In this document: positions 34,712-45,060 of the stretch, piece by piece
Layout of the letters: the number at the start of each line of letters is the position of its first letter
Numbering within the stretch: the stretch's first letter is position 1
NCBI GenBank assembly: GCA_965204725.1
Contig: OZ242005.1
Location: forward strand, 3,136,001 to 3,200,000
Source of the DNA: Candidatus Latescibacterota bacterium
GTDB lineage: Bacteria; Latescibacterota; UBA2968; UBA8231
Length of the DNA: 64,000 nt
Reading direction: 5' to 3'
Position numbers and translations under genes: made by a program
The notes under the pieces: model-generated
What the model saw: the letters and a program-made list of their open reading frames with translations, nothing else
Databases searched by the model: none
What the model was told of the DNA's origin: nothing

Positions 34712-37066
34712 TCAACACTTGGACCACCCGCAGTGCTTGCACATCAGACAACTGCTCTCATAGGATACCGTCGCCCCACACTCTGGACAGGTTGTCAGCG
34801 TTTTCGGCCCGCTGCTCTCGACGGGACTAGGCCGCATGTTTTCGGGGACGCCAGCCTCGAGCTGCTTGCCTGCCTTCCGCTGCAAATAGCGCTCCATCGC
34901 CTTGCCAATGGCATCGGGCGTGGACAAGATCAACTCGCCGTTCTCCCACACCGGACTGGGGCCTGAAATGCCCTTCAACTCGCTGATAACCTCCTTGGGA
35001 TCAACCCCCGCACTCAGCACCAGCGAAATGAGCCGGCTGATGGCCTCAGACTGAGCGGCCGCGTTGCCGCCCGACTTGCCGATGGTACTGAAGACTTCGC
35101 ATATCCCGTACTCGTCCTCGTTGATCGTGACGTAGATTTTGCCCTCGCCGGTATTGATCCGCTCGGTGATGCCGGCCGTGACCGCCGGGCGGCGGCGGCG
35201 GTGGAGGAAGCCGTCCGGCCCCATGTAGTTGGGAATTTCCACAGCCGGAGCTTCCTGCTCGTCGGCTTCGGCTTGGCTGTCGGTTTGCAGGATGCCCTCG
35301 CGGCTGCCCTCGCGGTACACCGTCACGCCCTTGAGCCCCTCCTTATACGCGGTGATGTAGATGTCGGCGACCGTCTCTAGCGCGATGTCTTCGGGCAGGT
35401 TGATCGTCGAAGAAATGCTGCTGTCGGTGTACTTCTGGATCACGCCCTGCATCTTGACTCGGAAGTAGGGGTCAATCTCGTGGGCCGTCACGACGTAATC
35501 AGGCAGGTCCTCGTCGTCGCCAAAGACGCGCTGGACGAGCGGGTGATAGACCTTGTACTCGCGGAAACTCTCGCCGTCATCCTGCTTTACCCGGCGGGTA
35601 TAGCTGGTGCAGAAAATGGGCTCAATACCCGAACTCGTCTGCGCCACAATCGAACCGGTGCCCACCGGCGGCATGGTAATCAAGGTGGAGTTGCGCAGGC
35701 CGTGCGCGGCGATTTTCTCTTGTAGTGCTTGGGGTAGGCTCTGGATGAATTTGCTCTGCTGGACGCCCGCCCAGTCGAAAAGCGGAAAGGGGGCCTTCTC
35801 CCGGGCCAATTCGACGGACATTTCATAGGCATGGTCCCGGATGGTCGCCATGACCTTATCGACGATCGCCAAAGCCTCATCCGAATCGTACTTACTCTGC
35901 ATCAAGACCAGCGCATCGGCCATGCCCGTGAGGCCCAACCCCACCCGGCGGTCGGAGGCTACGGCTTCCCGAATTTTGGGCGAGGCGTGGTTGTCCATGT
36001 TGTAATCGATGACATTGTCCAAAAAGCGGGTCGCCACGCGAGCGGCCTGCCCCAACGCTTCGTAGTCGAACTCGCCATCGGCGCGGACGAAGTTGACCAA
36101 ATTGAGATTGCCTAGATTGCAGGCCGTGTACGACGCCAGCGGCTGTTCGCCGCAGGGATTGGTACTGGTGAGCGGATTGGCGTATTCGACGTTGTGGTAC
36201 TCGCGCATCGTGTCCCAAAAAATAATCCCCGGCTCGGCACTGGCGTGGGCATTGGCGATGATCTTGTCCCACAACTGGCGGGCCTTGACCGTGCGGAACA
36301 CTTTGCCATTCCAGCGCAAGTCAAAGTCCGAGTCCGCCAACACCGCCTGCATGAACTCGTGAGTAATGAGCACACTGATATTGGCGTACTGCACTTTGGT
36401 GCGGTTGGCGTCGTTTTTGATGGTGATAAAGTCTTCGATATCGGGATGATCAACCCGTAAGGTTAGCATCAGGGCACCGCGACGGCCGGCTTGGGAGACG
36501 GCATTGGTGCTCTCGGAGAGCAGGTTCATAAAGGCGGTGCAACCCGGCGAGGCATCCACCGTGGCGTTGACCGGGGCCCCTTGCGGCCTGAGGATCGATA
36601 AGTCCGTGCCGACGCCCCCGCCCGTGCGGTACACCATCGCCGATTCGCCTAGGCAGCGATAGATGCCTTCTAGGCTGTCCTCTTCAATGGGAATGACATA
36701 GCAGTTGGACAGCGTCGGCTTGCGTCGGGCCTCGTCCCGGCCCGCACCGTGCATGACGCGCCCGCCGGGGATGAACGTGAAATCCATCAACAGCGAGAAG
36801 AAGCGATCATACCAGTATTGGGAATCTTCCTCGACCGAGGCCATGGCCCGGGCGATGCGGTCCCAGATGTGTAGCGGCCCGGTCTCGCTGGGGGCTAGGT
36901 ATTTGTTGCGCAAAACGTCGATGGCGAGGTCGTTGTCGCCATAATAGGTTTCGGCATCAGCGGCCCGGGCCAACAGGGCGTCGTGGCCGTTGCGCTTGAG
37001 GCCGTGGCCTTCGAGTTGCGCCAACGTATCTTCAAAGCGGTGTGCGACTGCGCGTTCAGACTCCAT
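34712..37066 (-). CDS. nrdJ: Class II (adenosylcobalamin-dependent) ribonucleotide reductase with C-terminal TSCPD/Zn-ribbon domain
   Basis: LSNCYV, GGGVG, RRGA.M, TNPCGEQPL, CNLG, SSGIEP, KGVTVYREGSR; C-terminal CPECG...CKHCGWSKC. Confidence 0.92.
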   Translation of the reverse strand: MESERAVAHRFEDTLAQLEGHGLKRNGHDALLARAADAETYYGDNDLAIDVLRNKYLAPSETGPLHIWDRIARAMASVEEDSQYWYDRFFSLLMDFTFIPGGRVMHGAGRDEARRKPTLSNCYVIPIEEDSLEGIYRCLGESAMVYRTGGGVGTDLSILRPQGAPVNATVDASPGCTAFMNLLSESTNAVSQAGRRGALMLTLRVDHPDIEDFITIKNDANRTKVQYANISVLITHEFMQAVLADSDFDLRWNGKVFRTVKARQLWDKIIANAHASAEPGIIFWDTMREYHNVEYANPLTSTNPCGEQPLASYTACNLGNLNLVNFVRADGEFDYEALGQAARVATRFLDNVIDYNMDNHASPKIREAVASDRRVGLGLTGMADALVLMQSKYDSDEALAIVDKVMATIRDHAYEMSVELAREKAPFPLFDWAGVQQSKFIQSLPQALQEKIAAHGLRNSTLITMPPVGTGSIVAQTSSGIEPIFCTSYTRRVKQDDGESFREYKVYHPLVQRVFGDDEDLPDYVVTAHEIDPYFRVKMQGVIQKYTDSSISSTINLPEDIALETVADIYITAYKEGLKGVTVYREGSREGILQTDSQAEADEQEAPAVEIPNYMGPDGFLHRRRRPAVTAGITERINTGEGKIYVTINEDEYGICEVFSTIGKSGGNAAAQSEAISRLISLVLSAGVDPKEVISELKGISGPSPVWENGELILSTPDAIGKAMERYLQRKAGKQLEAGVPENMRPSPVESSGPKTLTTCPECGATVSYESSCLMCKHCGWSKC

Positions 37067-37174
37067 TAATGCCCTCCCTTTGAAGCAAAAAAGGTCCATG
37101 GGCGAAAAAAATCGCCAAAAATTCGGGTGAACTGCTGTTGGGGTTCGGGGAGCGAGCAAAAGTACAGCCCTGAG

Positions 37175-37222
37175 ACACACTATCTCAGGGCCATACACTT
37201 AATCTGACACAAGATGTTGTGT
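37175..37222. promoter_or_regulatory. Tandem NrdR boxes: strong box 37207-37222, weak box 37175-37190
   Basis: ACACAAGATGTTGTGT matches the consensus acaCwAtATaTwGtgt; weaker ACACACTATCTCAGGG lies 32 bp away. Confidence 0.75.
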
Positions 37223-37230
37223 TGCGGCTA

Positions 37231-37259
37231 AAGGTAGAAACTACGCGCATACTTGTCAA
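37231..37259 (-). promoter_or_regulatory. nrdJ sigma70 promoter
   Basis: TTGACA-17-TACCTT immediately upstream of the NrdR box. Confidence 0.7.
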
Positions 37260-37329
37260 GGTAAATTATCTGTCCAGAGCAATTTCTTTTTAATCGGGTT
37301 GCGATGCGCTTAGAACAACAGCACTGACC

Positions 37330-37782
37330 TCAATTATTGGCCAATTGCTCCAATTCACGCATGAAATCGCTCTTGTCTTTGAACTGGCGATAGACCGAGG
37401 CAAAACGCACATACGCCACGGCGTTGAGCTGGCGCAGATGCTCCATGACGCGCTCGCCGATCTGCTTGGAGGGAATTTCCTTCACGTTGAGGCTGCCTAC
37501 TTCGGCCTCGACCCGGTCGACGAGTTGCTCGATCACCTCAGCCGAAACGGTCGTCTTGCAGCAGGCTATCTGTATCTTGTCGAGCAGTTTGCTGCGGTCA
37601 AAAGGCTCTCGTCGGCCGTCGGCCTTGATAACGGATAGCGGCACACTTTCGACGTATTCATAGGTTGTGAAGCGCTTGGCACAGCTTATGCACTCGCGGC
37701 GGCGACGGATCGCCATGCCTTCGCGACACGACCGCGAATCCACCACCCGATCTTCTTCACAATTGCAATAAGGACACCGCAT
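37330..37782 (-). CDS. nrdR: Transcriptional repressor NrdR
   Basis: MRCPYC...VVDSR...IRRRREC...RFTTYE; ATP cone; VAYVRFASVY. Confidence 0.97.
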   Translation of the reverse strand: MRCPYCNCEEDRVVDSRSCREGMAIRRRRECISCAKRFTTYEYVESVPLSVIKADGRREPFDRSKLLDKIQIACCKTTVSAEVIEQLVDRVEAEVGSLNVKEIPSKQIGERVMEHLRQLNAVAYVRFASVYRQFKDKSDFMRELEQLANN

Positions 37783-37893
37783 GAGACGAATCCTCCATCA
37801 GTCTGTTCGGAGTACGGGGGATGGCGTTTGTATGAGGAGGAAAGGAAGGAAAGTACTACTAAATATAAGAAAAATAGGAGGATATGGCAACCG

Positions 37894-38550
37894 TCAGTTA
37901 AGCCTGAAGGTGAAGGGCAGGCTGACCCAGACCTTGACAGGCCGGTCGTTTTGCATGGCCGGCGTAAACTCCGACTGGAGAGCGGCGGCTTTAGCGACCG
38001 CGTGGAAAACCTTGGGACCCGTGATCTTGCCGATTTCCTCAACCTTGCCGTCTTTGCCGATGAGTGCCGTGACAAACACCTTGCCGGTGATGTTGGCTTT
38101 CTGGGCAGTAGCCGGATACTTGGGCTTTACTTTTTTCGTGATCACGGGCTTCTTCTCAACCCGCCACAACTCGACGATCTCCTCTTCCTCCTCCAACTCG
38201 ACCTCCTCAACCACCTCCTCCTCTAATGGCGGCGGCGGCGCCAGATCGTCGAGGTCGAGGTCGAGGTCGGTGTCCTCAATGGTCACGTCATCTGGGACAT
38301 CCGGGTCGTCGGTCGGCACGGGTACTACCGGTCGGGCGGGCGGTGGGGGCCGGCGTTCCTGCTTAGTCTCGGGAATTTCTTCGAGCTGAATGACAATCGG
38401 CTCTTCGGGTTTGGCGTAGGCTTCGGGCTCGAAGCTGGGGAAGAGAACAAAGATGGCCACATGCAAGAGGGTGGAAAGCCCCGTGCAAGTCCATAACGTC
38501 TTCCGGTACGTCAACCGCAAGTTGGCTTCAGGCTGTTTGCCGCGAATCAT
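37894..38550 (-). CDS. tonB: Energy transducer TonB
   Basis: N-terminal TM with S..LH; Pro/acidic linker; YP..A....I.G.V...FTPAMQ..RPVKV. Confidence 0.9.
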   Translation of the reverse strand: MIRGKQPEANLRLTYRKTLWTCTGLSTLLHVAIFVLFPSFEPEAYAKPEEPIVIQLEEIPETKQERRPPPPARPVVPVPTDDPDVPDDVTIEDTDLDLDLDDLAPPPPLEEEVVEEVELEEEEEIVELWRVEKKPVITKKVKPKYPATAQKANITGKVFVTALIGKDGKVEEIGKITGPKVFHAVAKAAALQSEFTPAMQNDRPVKVWVSLPFTFRLN

Positions 38551-38960
38551 TCGTCCAACTCCCGTTTGGTGGAGAAGTTGACCCGCAACGCCTCGACCTT
38601 GCGCAACTCCTCCATGACATCGGAAATCACCCCGAACTCGGAGTCCTTATCGCCCCGCAACGAGATGATCAACCGAGGATTGGCCGTCAGGTACTTATGC
38701 ACCAGCGTACCCACTTCGGAAAGCGGTATGTTCCGGTCTTCAATGTTGACGACTCCCTCGCTATTGACCCAAACCTGCAATACGTTGCGGCGGCTTTCGA
38801 GCTTCTCGATTTTTTCGGCCTGTGGCAACTCCACCGGCACACCCCTATAGCGCACGAAAACCGTTGAGACCATAAAAAACACGAGGAGCAAAAAGGAGAT
38901 GTCGGCCATGGAGGCCGTGGGAATAACGCTAACGACTTTGGCTTTGCGTGCGAATTTCAT
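38547..38960 (-). CDS. exbD: Biopolymer transporter ExbD
   Basis: IPTASMADISFLLLVFFMV; RGDK. Confidence 0.9.
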   Translation of the reverse strand: MKFARKAKVVSVIPTASMADISFLLLVFFMVSTVFVRYRGVPVELPQAEKIEKLESRRNVLQVWVNSEGVVNIEDRNIPLSEVGTLVHKYLTANPRLIISLRGDKDSEFGVISDVMEELRKVEALRVNFSTKRELDE

Positions 38961-38963
38961 CGG

Positions 38964-39377
38964 CTATTCTTCCGGGTTGGCAATCGAGATTTTGGTCGCC
39001 CCGGCCAGTTTGAACTCGTCTAGCACATCGACGAAGGTCCGATAGGTGGCCCCGCGCTCCGTCTTGAGCGAGACGATCAGATTCTCGTTTTCTCGCAAAC
39101 GCCCTTCAATGCGCCCCTTGAGTTCGGCAAACGACACTGGTGTTAGCTGGTCATTCTCAAAAAAGGCGATCTGGTCGCGGGCATTGATCCACACGTTGAG
39201 AATATTCTTTTCTCGTACTTCCTTGGTCTCGCCCACCGGCGGCAAGTGCAACGAAAGGCCCTTGTCTTGGTTCATGGTGGTCGTGACGAGGAAGAACACG
39301 ATTAGCAAAAAGGCAATATCCGCCATCGAAGCCGTGGGAATTTCCGGGGCAACCCGGCTCTGGCGCCTCCCGATCAC
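38964..39377 (-). CDS. exbD: Biopolymer transporter ExbD (second paralog)
   Basis: IPTASMADIAFLLIVFFLVTT. Confidence 0.9.
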   Translation of the reverse strand: MIGRRQSRVAPEIPTASMADIAFLLIVFFLVTTTMNQDKGLSLHLPPVGETKEVREKNILNVWINARDQIAFFENDQLTPVSFAELKGRIEGRLRENENLIVSLKTERGATYRTFVDVLDEFKLAGATKISIANPEE

Positions 39378-39379
39378 GC

Positions 39380-39997
39380 CTAGGCTCCTCGGTGCTGGCG
39401 CTTGGCCAACAGGTCGATGAAGTTGGCCGTCTGCTCGGTCATGTCGGCGATGATCTTATCGATGCGATTGGCGCAGAAATTGTAGCAAAACTGGATCAGG
39501 ATGCCCACGATCAAACCCGCGGCCGTGGTGATTAGGGCCTCGGAAATACCACCCGCGACCATGGAAGGCTCAACATCGCCCGCTTCCTTGATCGCTTGAA
39601 AGGCATTGATCATACCGCTAACCGTGCCCAAAAAGCCTATCATCGGCGCCAAATTGGCCACCGTCGAGAGCCAGACCATGCCGCGCTCGAGAAAGGCCAT
39701 CTCTACCGCGCCGTTGTTGTCAATGGCTTTCTCGACGTGGTCAATGCCGCGCTCCAAGCGTTGGAGCCCAGCGTGGATAACTGAGGCAACCGGACCGCGC
39801 GTCTGCGAGCAAAGATCGGCCGCTGCGTCGGGGCCTCCGCTTTCGAGGGCCTCTTCGAGAGCCGTGAAGAAACTCGCCGCGTCAATCGACGACCGCCACA
39901 GATTGAATAGGCGCTCAATCGCTACGGCAACGCCGACGATAAGTAGCAAGAGCAGGGGATACATGGCCCATCCGCCGTCCTTAAAAAGCTCTACCAT
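39380..39997 (-). CDS. exbB: MotA/TolQ/ExbB proton channel
   Basis: GGWAMYPL, APMIGFLGTVSGMI, GISEALITTAAGL. Confidence 0.92.
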   Translation of the reverse strand: MVELFKDGGWAMYPLLLLLIVGVAVAIERLFNLWRSSIDAASFFTALEEALESGGPDAAADLCSQTRGPVASVIHAGLQRLERGIDHVEKAIDNNGAVEMAFLERGMVWLSTVANLAPMIGFLGTVSGMINAFQAIKEAGDVEPSMVAGGISEALITTAAGLIVGILIQFCYNFCANRIDKIIADMTEQTANFIDLLAKRQHRGA

Positions 39998-40052
39998 TTT
40001 TTTTCCTCGCTATGAAGGTTAGCCCAGCCTAAGCAACAGACTGGGGCAATGC

Positions 40053-41201
40053 TTAGTTTTGCTCCGCTTGTGCGTCTTCGCCCCTGAAGAATTGCCGCTT
40101 GAGCTTTTCTTCCTCGGTCTCGGGCGGCCGGAGCTGCCAGATGCGCTGCTGGGCCACCTTCTCCCAGACTGGATCGGCTTTGGCTTTCTCAAAGGCGGCA
40201 ATGGCCCCTTCCTCGTCGCCCTCCCTCAGCAGATTGTCGCCCTTGAGCAGCAACAGGTGTGCATCCTCGGAATTTTCCTTCAGCCCTCGCTCCAACCACG
40301 CTTTTACCGCGGCGAACTCGCCACGGCCTTGGTGCCACTCCACGAGCTCAGCGATGCTCTCCAAATCCTTGGGATCGGCCTCGACCATGCCCTTGAGGCC
40401 CTCGACGTACATAGAGTCGTCGCCCTTTTCAGAGGCGATTGAGGCGATTCGGTTGTAATAGGAATAGGCGTTCTGCGAATCCACCTTCGTCAGTTCCAAC
40501 AGCGTGTCGTAAGCCCCTTTGACATCGCTGACCTCTAGCTTGAGTTCGACGATGCTTTCCAATTGGTCGGCATCGCCCATCCCGCCCTCAATTTGGCGTT
40601 TACGCCACGCAAGTGCCTGATCCGCCTGCCCTAGCGCTTGGTGCAACACCGCGAGTATTTCAAATAGCTCGGCATCTTTGCTACCGTCCGCGACCAACTG
40701 TTCATAGTGGGCGATAGCCTGCTCGTTGTGGCCCGCACGGCGATAGAGGTCGGCCAACTCGCGGCGGTGCTTGGCCGAGTCCGGCTTTTTGATCAACACG
40801 CGCTCCAAGCTCTGAGCGGCCGAATCGGGCGAGTCCATGGCTTTGTGTATCGAATAGAGAAGCAGGTTGGAATTCAGATGCAGCGAGTCGATGCTGACTG
40901 CTTGGAGCAGTGCGGTGCGTGCCTGAGGCAGTGCGATGTGGGCGCCGGTGGAATCCCTTTTTTCGTAATAGAGCTGACCCAAGAAGTAGGAAGCCTTCAA
41001 GTCTTGGGGACTGTATTGCAGCAGAGTCGTGTAATAGCCTATCGCCCTGTCGTACTCTTTGTTTTGGCGGGCTGTCTTGGCGTAGTATTTGTACTTGCGG
41101 ATTGAATCGGCGGTTGCAACTTCTTCCGCCTCGGCACTCTCGGCACTCAAAATCAAGGTGCAGAGCACGAGCACTAGGGTAAGCAGCAAATTACATTTCA
41201 C
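40053..41201 (-). CDS. Exported TPR-repeat protein
   Basis: Signal peptide; multiple TPR-like helices; first gene of the exbBDD-tonB operon. Confidence 0.8.
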   Translation of the reverse strand: MKCNLLLTLVLVLCTLILSAESAEAEEVATADSIRKYKYYAKTARQNKEYDRAIGYYTTLLQYSPQDLKASYFLGQLYYEKRDSTGAHIALPQARTALLQAVSIDSLHLNSNLLLYSIHKAMDSPDSAAQSLERVLIKKPDSAKHRRELADLYRRAGHNEQAIAHYEQLVADGSKDAELFEILAVLHQALGQADQALAWRKRQIEGGMGDADQLESIVELKLEVSDVKGAYDTLLELTKVDSQNAYSYYNRIASIASEKGDDSMYVEGLKGMVEADPKDLESIAELVEWHQGRGEFAAVKAWLERGLKENSEDAHLLLLKGDNLLREGDEEGAIAAFEKAKADPVWEKVAQQRIWQLRPPETEEEKLKRQFFRGEDAQAEQN

Positions 41202-41526
41202 GGTGAGAAATCCTCTATGTGGCTACGGTCTCCGAATCAGCCATTGCTTGCTATTGCTTGATGTAGCCTTCGCAGTGCTGTCAAGATATGGATTTACAGT
41301 TTGGGATGCAACTTCAAAGGCCACCTACACGCGAACTCCCATCATTATAGCGACACAGCAACTGCGTTACATTTTCGCCGATCGCCGCGCATCTGCAAAT
41401 TGACAACTATTTATTTTTAATGCACTTTATCCACTTTATAGCAATGGCAACGAGCGCGTTTATCCAAGCTACCGCCCCATTCACTTTGCCGTTATCAAGC
41501 GACGGGGCTATCTGAGAGGACGAGCT

Positions 41527-42381
41527 TTGAACTGGTTTGAAAAAATGAAAACGGGGATTAAGTCGCTAATAAAGCGTGAAATTCCCCAAGGCATCTGGAT
41601 CAAGTGCAAAAATTGCGGCCGTTCCAACTACGAGATGGCACTGCGACGCAGTCATTGGATCTGCCCGGAATGCGCCTGTCACTACCCCATCGGCCCCAAA
41701 CAATACATCGACATCCTCGTTGATGACGGTACTTTTGCCGAAATTGACCCGGACGTGATGCCCGTTGATCCGCTCAAGTTCAAAGGCTATAAGGACAAAA
41801 TCAAGAAGGGGCGGCGCGAAAGCGGCATCAAGGAATCCGTACGCACTGGCATCGGCCAAATAGACGGGCAGCCCATTGCCCTCGCCGTTATGGACACGCG
41901 CTACCTCATGGGGACTTTGGGCGGCGCGACCGGCGAAAAGATCTGCCGCCTCATCGACCGCGCCATGGCCGAGCGCCGCACCCTAATCGTCATCTGCCAG
42001 TCTGCCGGGGCCAGAATGCAGGAGAGCACCTATTCCCTGATGCAGATGGCCCGGATCAGCGCCAAGCTCAATCAGCTCGCGCAAAACGGCTTGCTCTACA
42101 TTGCCATTCTCACGGACCCGACCTACGGGGGCGTCACCGCCAGCTTCGCCATGCTCGGCGATGTTGCCTTGGCCGAACCTGGGGCGCGCATTGGGTTTGC
42201 CGGGCCAGCCGTCATCCAGCAGTTCCTCGGCACAGATACCCCCTTTCCCGAGGGCTTTCAGAAAGCCGAGACCGTCCTCGAACACGGCTTTATCGACCGC
42301 ATCGTCCCGCGCGACCGCATGGCGGCGGAACTGGCGCGCTTGATCGCACTTTTATCTCCGCAGACAGCCAGCCACGCCTAG
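41527..42381 (+). CDS. accD: Acetyl-CoA carboxylase carboxyltransferase beta subunit
   Basis: WIKCKNC...CPEC, DPLKF, GARMQE...SLMQMA, DPTYGGVTASFA. Confidence 0.95.
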   Translation: MNWFEKMKTGIKSLIKREIPQGIWIKCKNCGRSNYEMALRRSHWICPECACHYPIGPKQYIDILVDDGTFAEIDPDVMPVDPLKFKGYKDKIKKGRRESGIKESVRTGIGQIDGQPIALAVMDTRYLMGTLGGATGEKICRLIDRAMAERRTLIVICQSAGARMQESTYSLMQMARISAKLNQLAQNGLLYIAILTDPTYGGVTASFAMLGDVALAEPGARIGFAGPAVIQQFLGTDTPFPEGFQKAETVLEHGFIDRIVPRDRMAAELARLIALLSPQTASHA

Positions 42382-43691
42382 AAATTGTGCCCTAGGCTCA
42401 GCCAGACATCCTTTTGCTCGTCGGCGACGCCGCCGCCCATGCGGATTACGAGATCGGCGTCCCAGACCATTCGCACCCCCGCCCCGCCGCTGACGTGCAG
42501 GCCCGACCACCCGATGCGGTGCAAGTCGGGCCAGACCCGGCCCGAATCGAAAAAAACCATTCCTTGCCACTCTATGTACTGTCCGTAAAACCAGATGTCG
42601 TACAACTGGTAGCGCAATTCCATATTGGACAAAAAGCGCACGTCGTCTGTAAACCGCTGGGTGTCGAACCCTCGCAGCGAATCGCTCCCGCCCAACCCCT
42701 TGACCCGGCGACTGCCCCCAATCTCGCCGTAGGCATAGAGCGGTACTTCGCCGCTGAGAACCTCCAGCAGGAGGCGATGCGAGAAATTCAACCGCGGCGA
42801 CAGGGGGATGTGGTAGGCGTTGGTCAGGGTCACGCGGCTAAAATCAATAGACTCAAAGAACAGCGCCAGCAGTGAGTTGCTCGCCGACTCGTATGAACAC
42901 TCCAGAAAGATGCCGCGTCTCGGCACCACTTCGTCGTCGCGGGTATCCCATTGGAGAGTCGCACCGATAAACCCCGAAAACCCATCGATCACTCCGTCGG
43001 GAGTGCCGCGCTCCAAATAGAATGCCTGTGTTCCCCGCGGGTCCACATCGACGCGCTCCAGCCCAACGCCGACCGACATGGATACTGCGCCGTAGAGCTG
43101 GCGAAAAAGGCTCGCCAAGATCCGCGGATTTCTTTCTAGAATGTAGTAGTAGTAGTTCTCGTCTTTGAAATCAGGGCTGTTGGGCTCGATAAAGTCTCGA
43201 TTGAACGCGCTGGCGTTGCCCAACCCATAATAGCGTGTGCGCAGATCGCGCTCGCGGACCAACTCCAACCTCAAGCCAAAACCCGTCCCCGAAATCCGGG
43301 GCACTCTCAGCCGGACGCGGTTTTTTAGTTTGCCCTTAGAGGACTGCTGGACGTGCAAAGTCAGCTTGTAGAGATAGGGCTGCGCCCGGTAATCGGCCCA
43401 GTGGACGCGCGCTCCCCAGTTCCAGCCCGTGTTGAGGCTGGGATACGCAAACGGAAGGCCGGTGACGCCGTAGGGAATGCCCCGCAGGGTAAACTGGTGT
43501 CGCTTTGCCATCCAGCGCACCGCTTCCACGGTCTGCTCGGTCGCCGACTGCGAAACCTTGGCCAGCAGCGGGGCCGAGGGCCGGCTGTGGGTGGAATCGA
43601 CGCGGGCTGCGCCCTCGCCCCACGCACCCTGTGCGAACAATAGGACGACTATACCGCTGCCGTTTGTGAGAAGCCGCTTAATCACGACCAT
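42378..43691 (-). CDS. Omp85/BamA-TamA family beta-barrel without obvious POTRA domains
   Basis: WDTRD...P.RG, LGG.DSLRGF...RF, ELRY, FFDSGRVW; C-terminal LGHNF. Confidence 0.8.
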   Translation of the reverse strand: MVVIKRLLTNGSGIVVLLFAQGAWGEGAARVDSTHSRPSAPLLAKVSQSATEQTVEAVRWMAKRHQFTLRGIPYGVTGLPFAYPSLNTGWNWGARVHWADYRAQPYLYKLTLHVQQSSKGKLKNRVRLRVPRISGTGFGLRLELVRERDLRTRYYGLGNASAFNRDFIEPNSPDFKDENYYYYILERNPRILASLFRQLYGAVSMSVGVGLERVDVDPRGTQAFYLERGTPDGVIDGFSGFIGATLQWDTRDDEVVPRRGIFLECSYESASNSLLALFFESIDFSRVTLTNAYHIPLSPRLNFSHRLLLEVLSGEVPLYAYGEIGGSRRVKGLGGSDSLRGFDTQRFTDDVRFLSNMELRYQLYDIWFYGQYIEWQGMVFFDSGRVWPDLHRIGWSGLHVSGGAGVRMVWDADLVIRMGGGVADEQKDVWLSLGHNF

Positions 43692-44514
43692 CTCGTTTCA
43701 CCGCGCCGCGCTCAAAGCGCGGGCGATCGGCCGAGCTTATTGGAGCGTCGAGCGCATAGCAAAGCGGCGTAATCGCGACCGCGCCGCGCCTCAAGGCTTC
43801 CACATCGCTATTCGCTCCATCGCCGACTACCTGTAGCTGACAGCCGTGGTACGCGAAATGCGGCTCAACCGCATGCCGAGCGAATAGCGGACCATAGCTC
43901 GTCTTGGCTAAGCCCGTCAGGCGTCGCGGCGATTCGCGCCTAGTGTTGGCGGGCATATTCACCGCGAGCATGTCGGCACCAGCCGGCAATCCCCCACGCA
44001 AGAGCTCGGCCGCGATGTCAGCGGTGACGGCCGCGGCCGCCGCGACCAGCGCGTCGAGCGCGGGATCGAGCCGCCGCGCCCGCCGCCAGAGGGCAAAAGC
44101 CGGTTTGGGCAGTTCTAATGAAAAAGCTGCGGACGGCACCCCGGCGAGAAGGCCCTCTACGGCCGCCCCTATCGTGCCGGAACTCAGGGTGAGAGCGAGG
44201 CCGGAGTTGACGCCCACATTGATGCCGGAAAGGACTAAGGCCGGCTTTGCGGAGCAGAGGTTGTGAATGCCGATATTGGCGCAGTCGGCTGGCTTGCCGG
44301 TCAGCGTCTGGACGGGGAAGCCACCGCATTCTATTTCGGCTAGTGCCAACGGCTCAAAGCGGCTCATGCTCTTGCTGGTCCAACTGCATTCTGCCGCCGG
44401 TACGACCACGCAGAGCTCGGCCAACTCGGCCAACTCCCGCAGCAAAGGGACCAAAATAGGCGAATCGGCACCGTCGTCGTTTGTCACTAGTACTTGGGGG
44501 GGTGTAGCGGTCAC
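43678..44514 (-). CDS. surE: 5'/3'-nucleotidase SurE
   Basis: LVTNDDG, GKPADC, LSGINVGVN, SGTIGAAVEG, ITPL. Confidence 0.88.
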   Translation of the reverse strand: MTATPPQVLVTNDDGADSPILVPLLRELAELAELCVVVPAAECSWTSKSMSRFEPLALAEIECGGFPVQTLTGKPADCANIGIHNLCSAKPALVLSGINVGVNSGLALTLSSGTIGAAVEGLLAGVPSAAFSLELPKPAFALWRRARRLDPALDALVAAAAAVTADIAAELLRGGLPAGADMLAVNMPANTRRESPRRLTGLAKTSYGPLFARHAVEPHFAYHGCQLQVVGDGANSDVEALRRGAVAITPLCYALDAPISSADRPRFERGAVKRDGRD

Positions 44515-44634
44515 GGTCGTTTTCCCCTTTGTTTATGGACGCGCTCTTGAATGGCGTCATTATAATAACAATCCGCCATTCGGCTCCCAACAATTTCCTT
44601 GCTTAGCCGCAGCCTGTGGCCCTATTATTTTTTT

Positions 44635-44898
44635 ATGGATGACTCCACTCTCCTACAGGAGCTTGAAACCCTCGTCGAAGGGCTGGATATCGAGGTGCGC
44701 TACGACGATTTCGAGGGCCGAGGTGGACTCTGCCGCTATGGCGGTAGGTCCTACTTGATCGTCAACCACGAACTCGATACCGGAGCCCGCGTGCATTTGC
44801 TTTGCCGCGTCCTTTCGCGGCTGCCTATCGACTCGGTCTTTATCCGTCCCCAAGTGCGCGAGCGGATCGAAAAATGTAGATCGCCCGCAGCGACCTAA
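44635..44898 (+). CDS. Conserved hypothetical protein
   Basis: L.ELE.L...L.I.VRY....GRGGLC.......LIVN...D.VFIRP.VRE; compact ORF. Confidence 0.7.
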   Translation: MDDSTLLQELETLVEGLDIEVRYDDFEGRGGLCRYGGRSYLIVNHELDTGARVHLLCRVLSRLPIDSVFIRPQVRERIEKCRSPAAT

Positions 44899-44994
44899 TC
44901 GCCTACAGTTCAGCGACGGACCGCGCCCAGATCCGGGACGGGGCCGCGAACTTTCCCGACAAAATTCACCGCCCGAAGGGCGGCCTGCGCTTCC

Positions 44995-45023
44995 TTGACA
45001 GCCCCTATGTCATGGTCTATTTT
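44995..45023 (+). promoter_or_regulatory. rpmI-rplT sigma70 promoter
   Basis: TTGACA-17-TATTTT, 37 bp before the rpmI ATG. Confidence 0.7.
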
Positions 45024-45060
45024 TGCTCTTTCTGCCTACAATCAAGACAGCAGGATCATC

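Noticed and set aside
37067-37330. Cobalamin riboswitch upstream of nrdJ
   Set aside because: No B12-box motif recognised; the region is accounted for by the promoter and NrdR boxes
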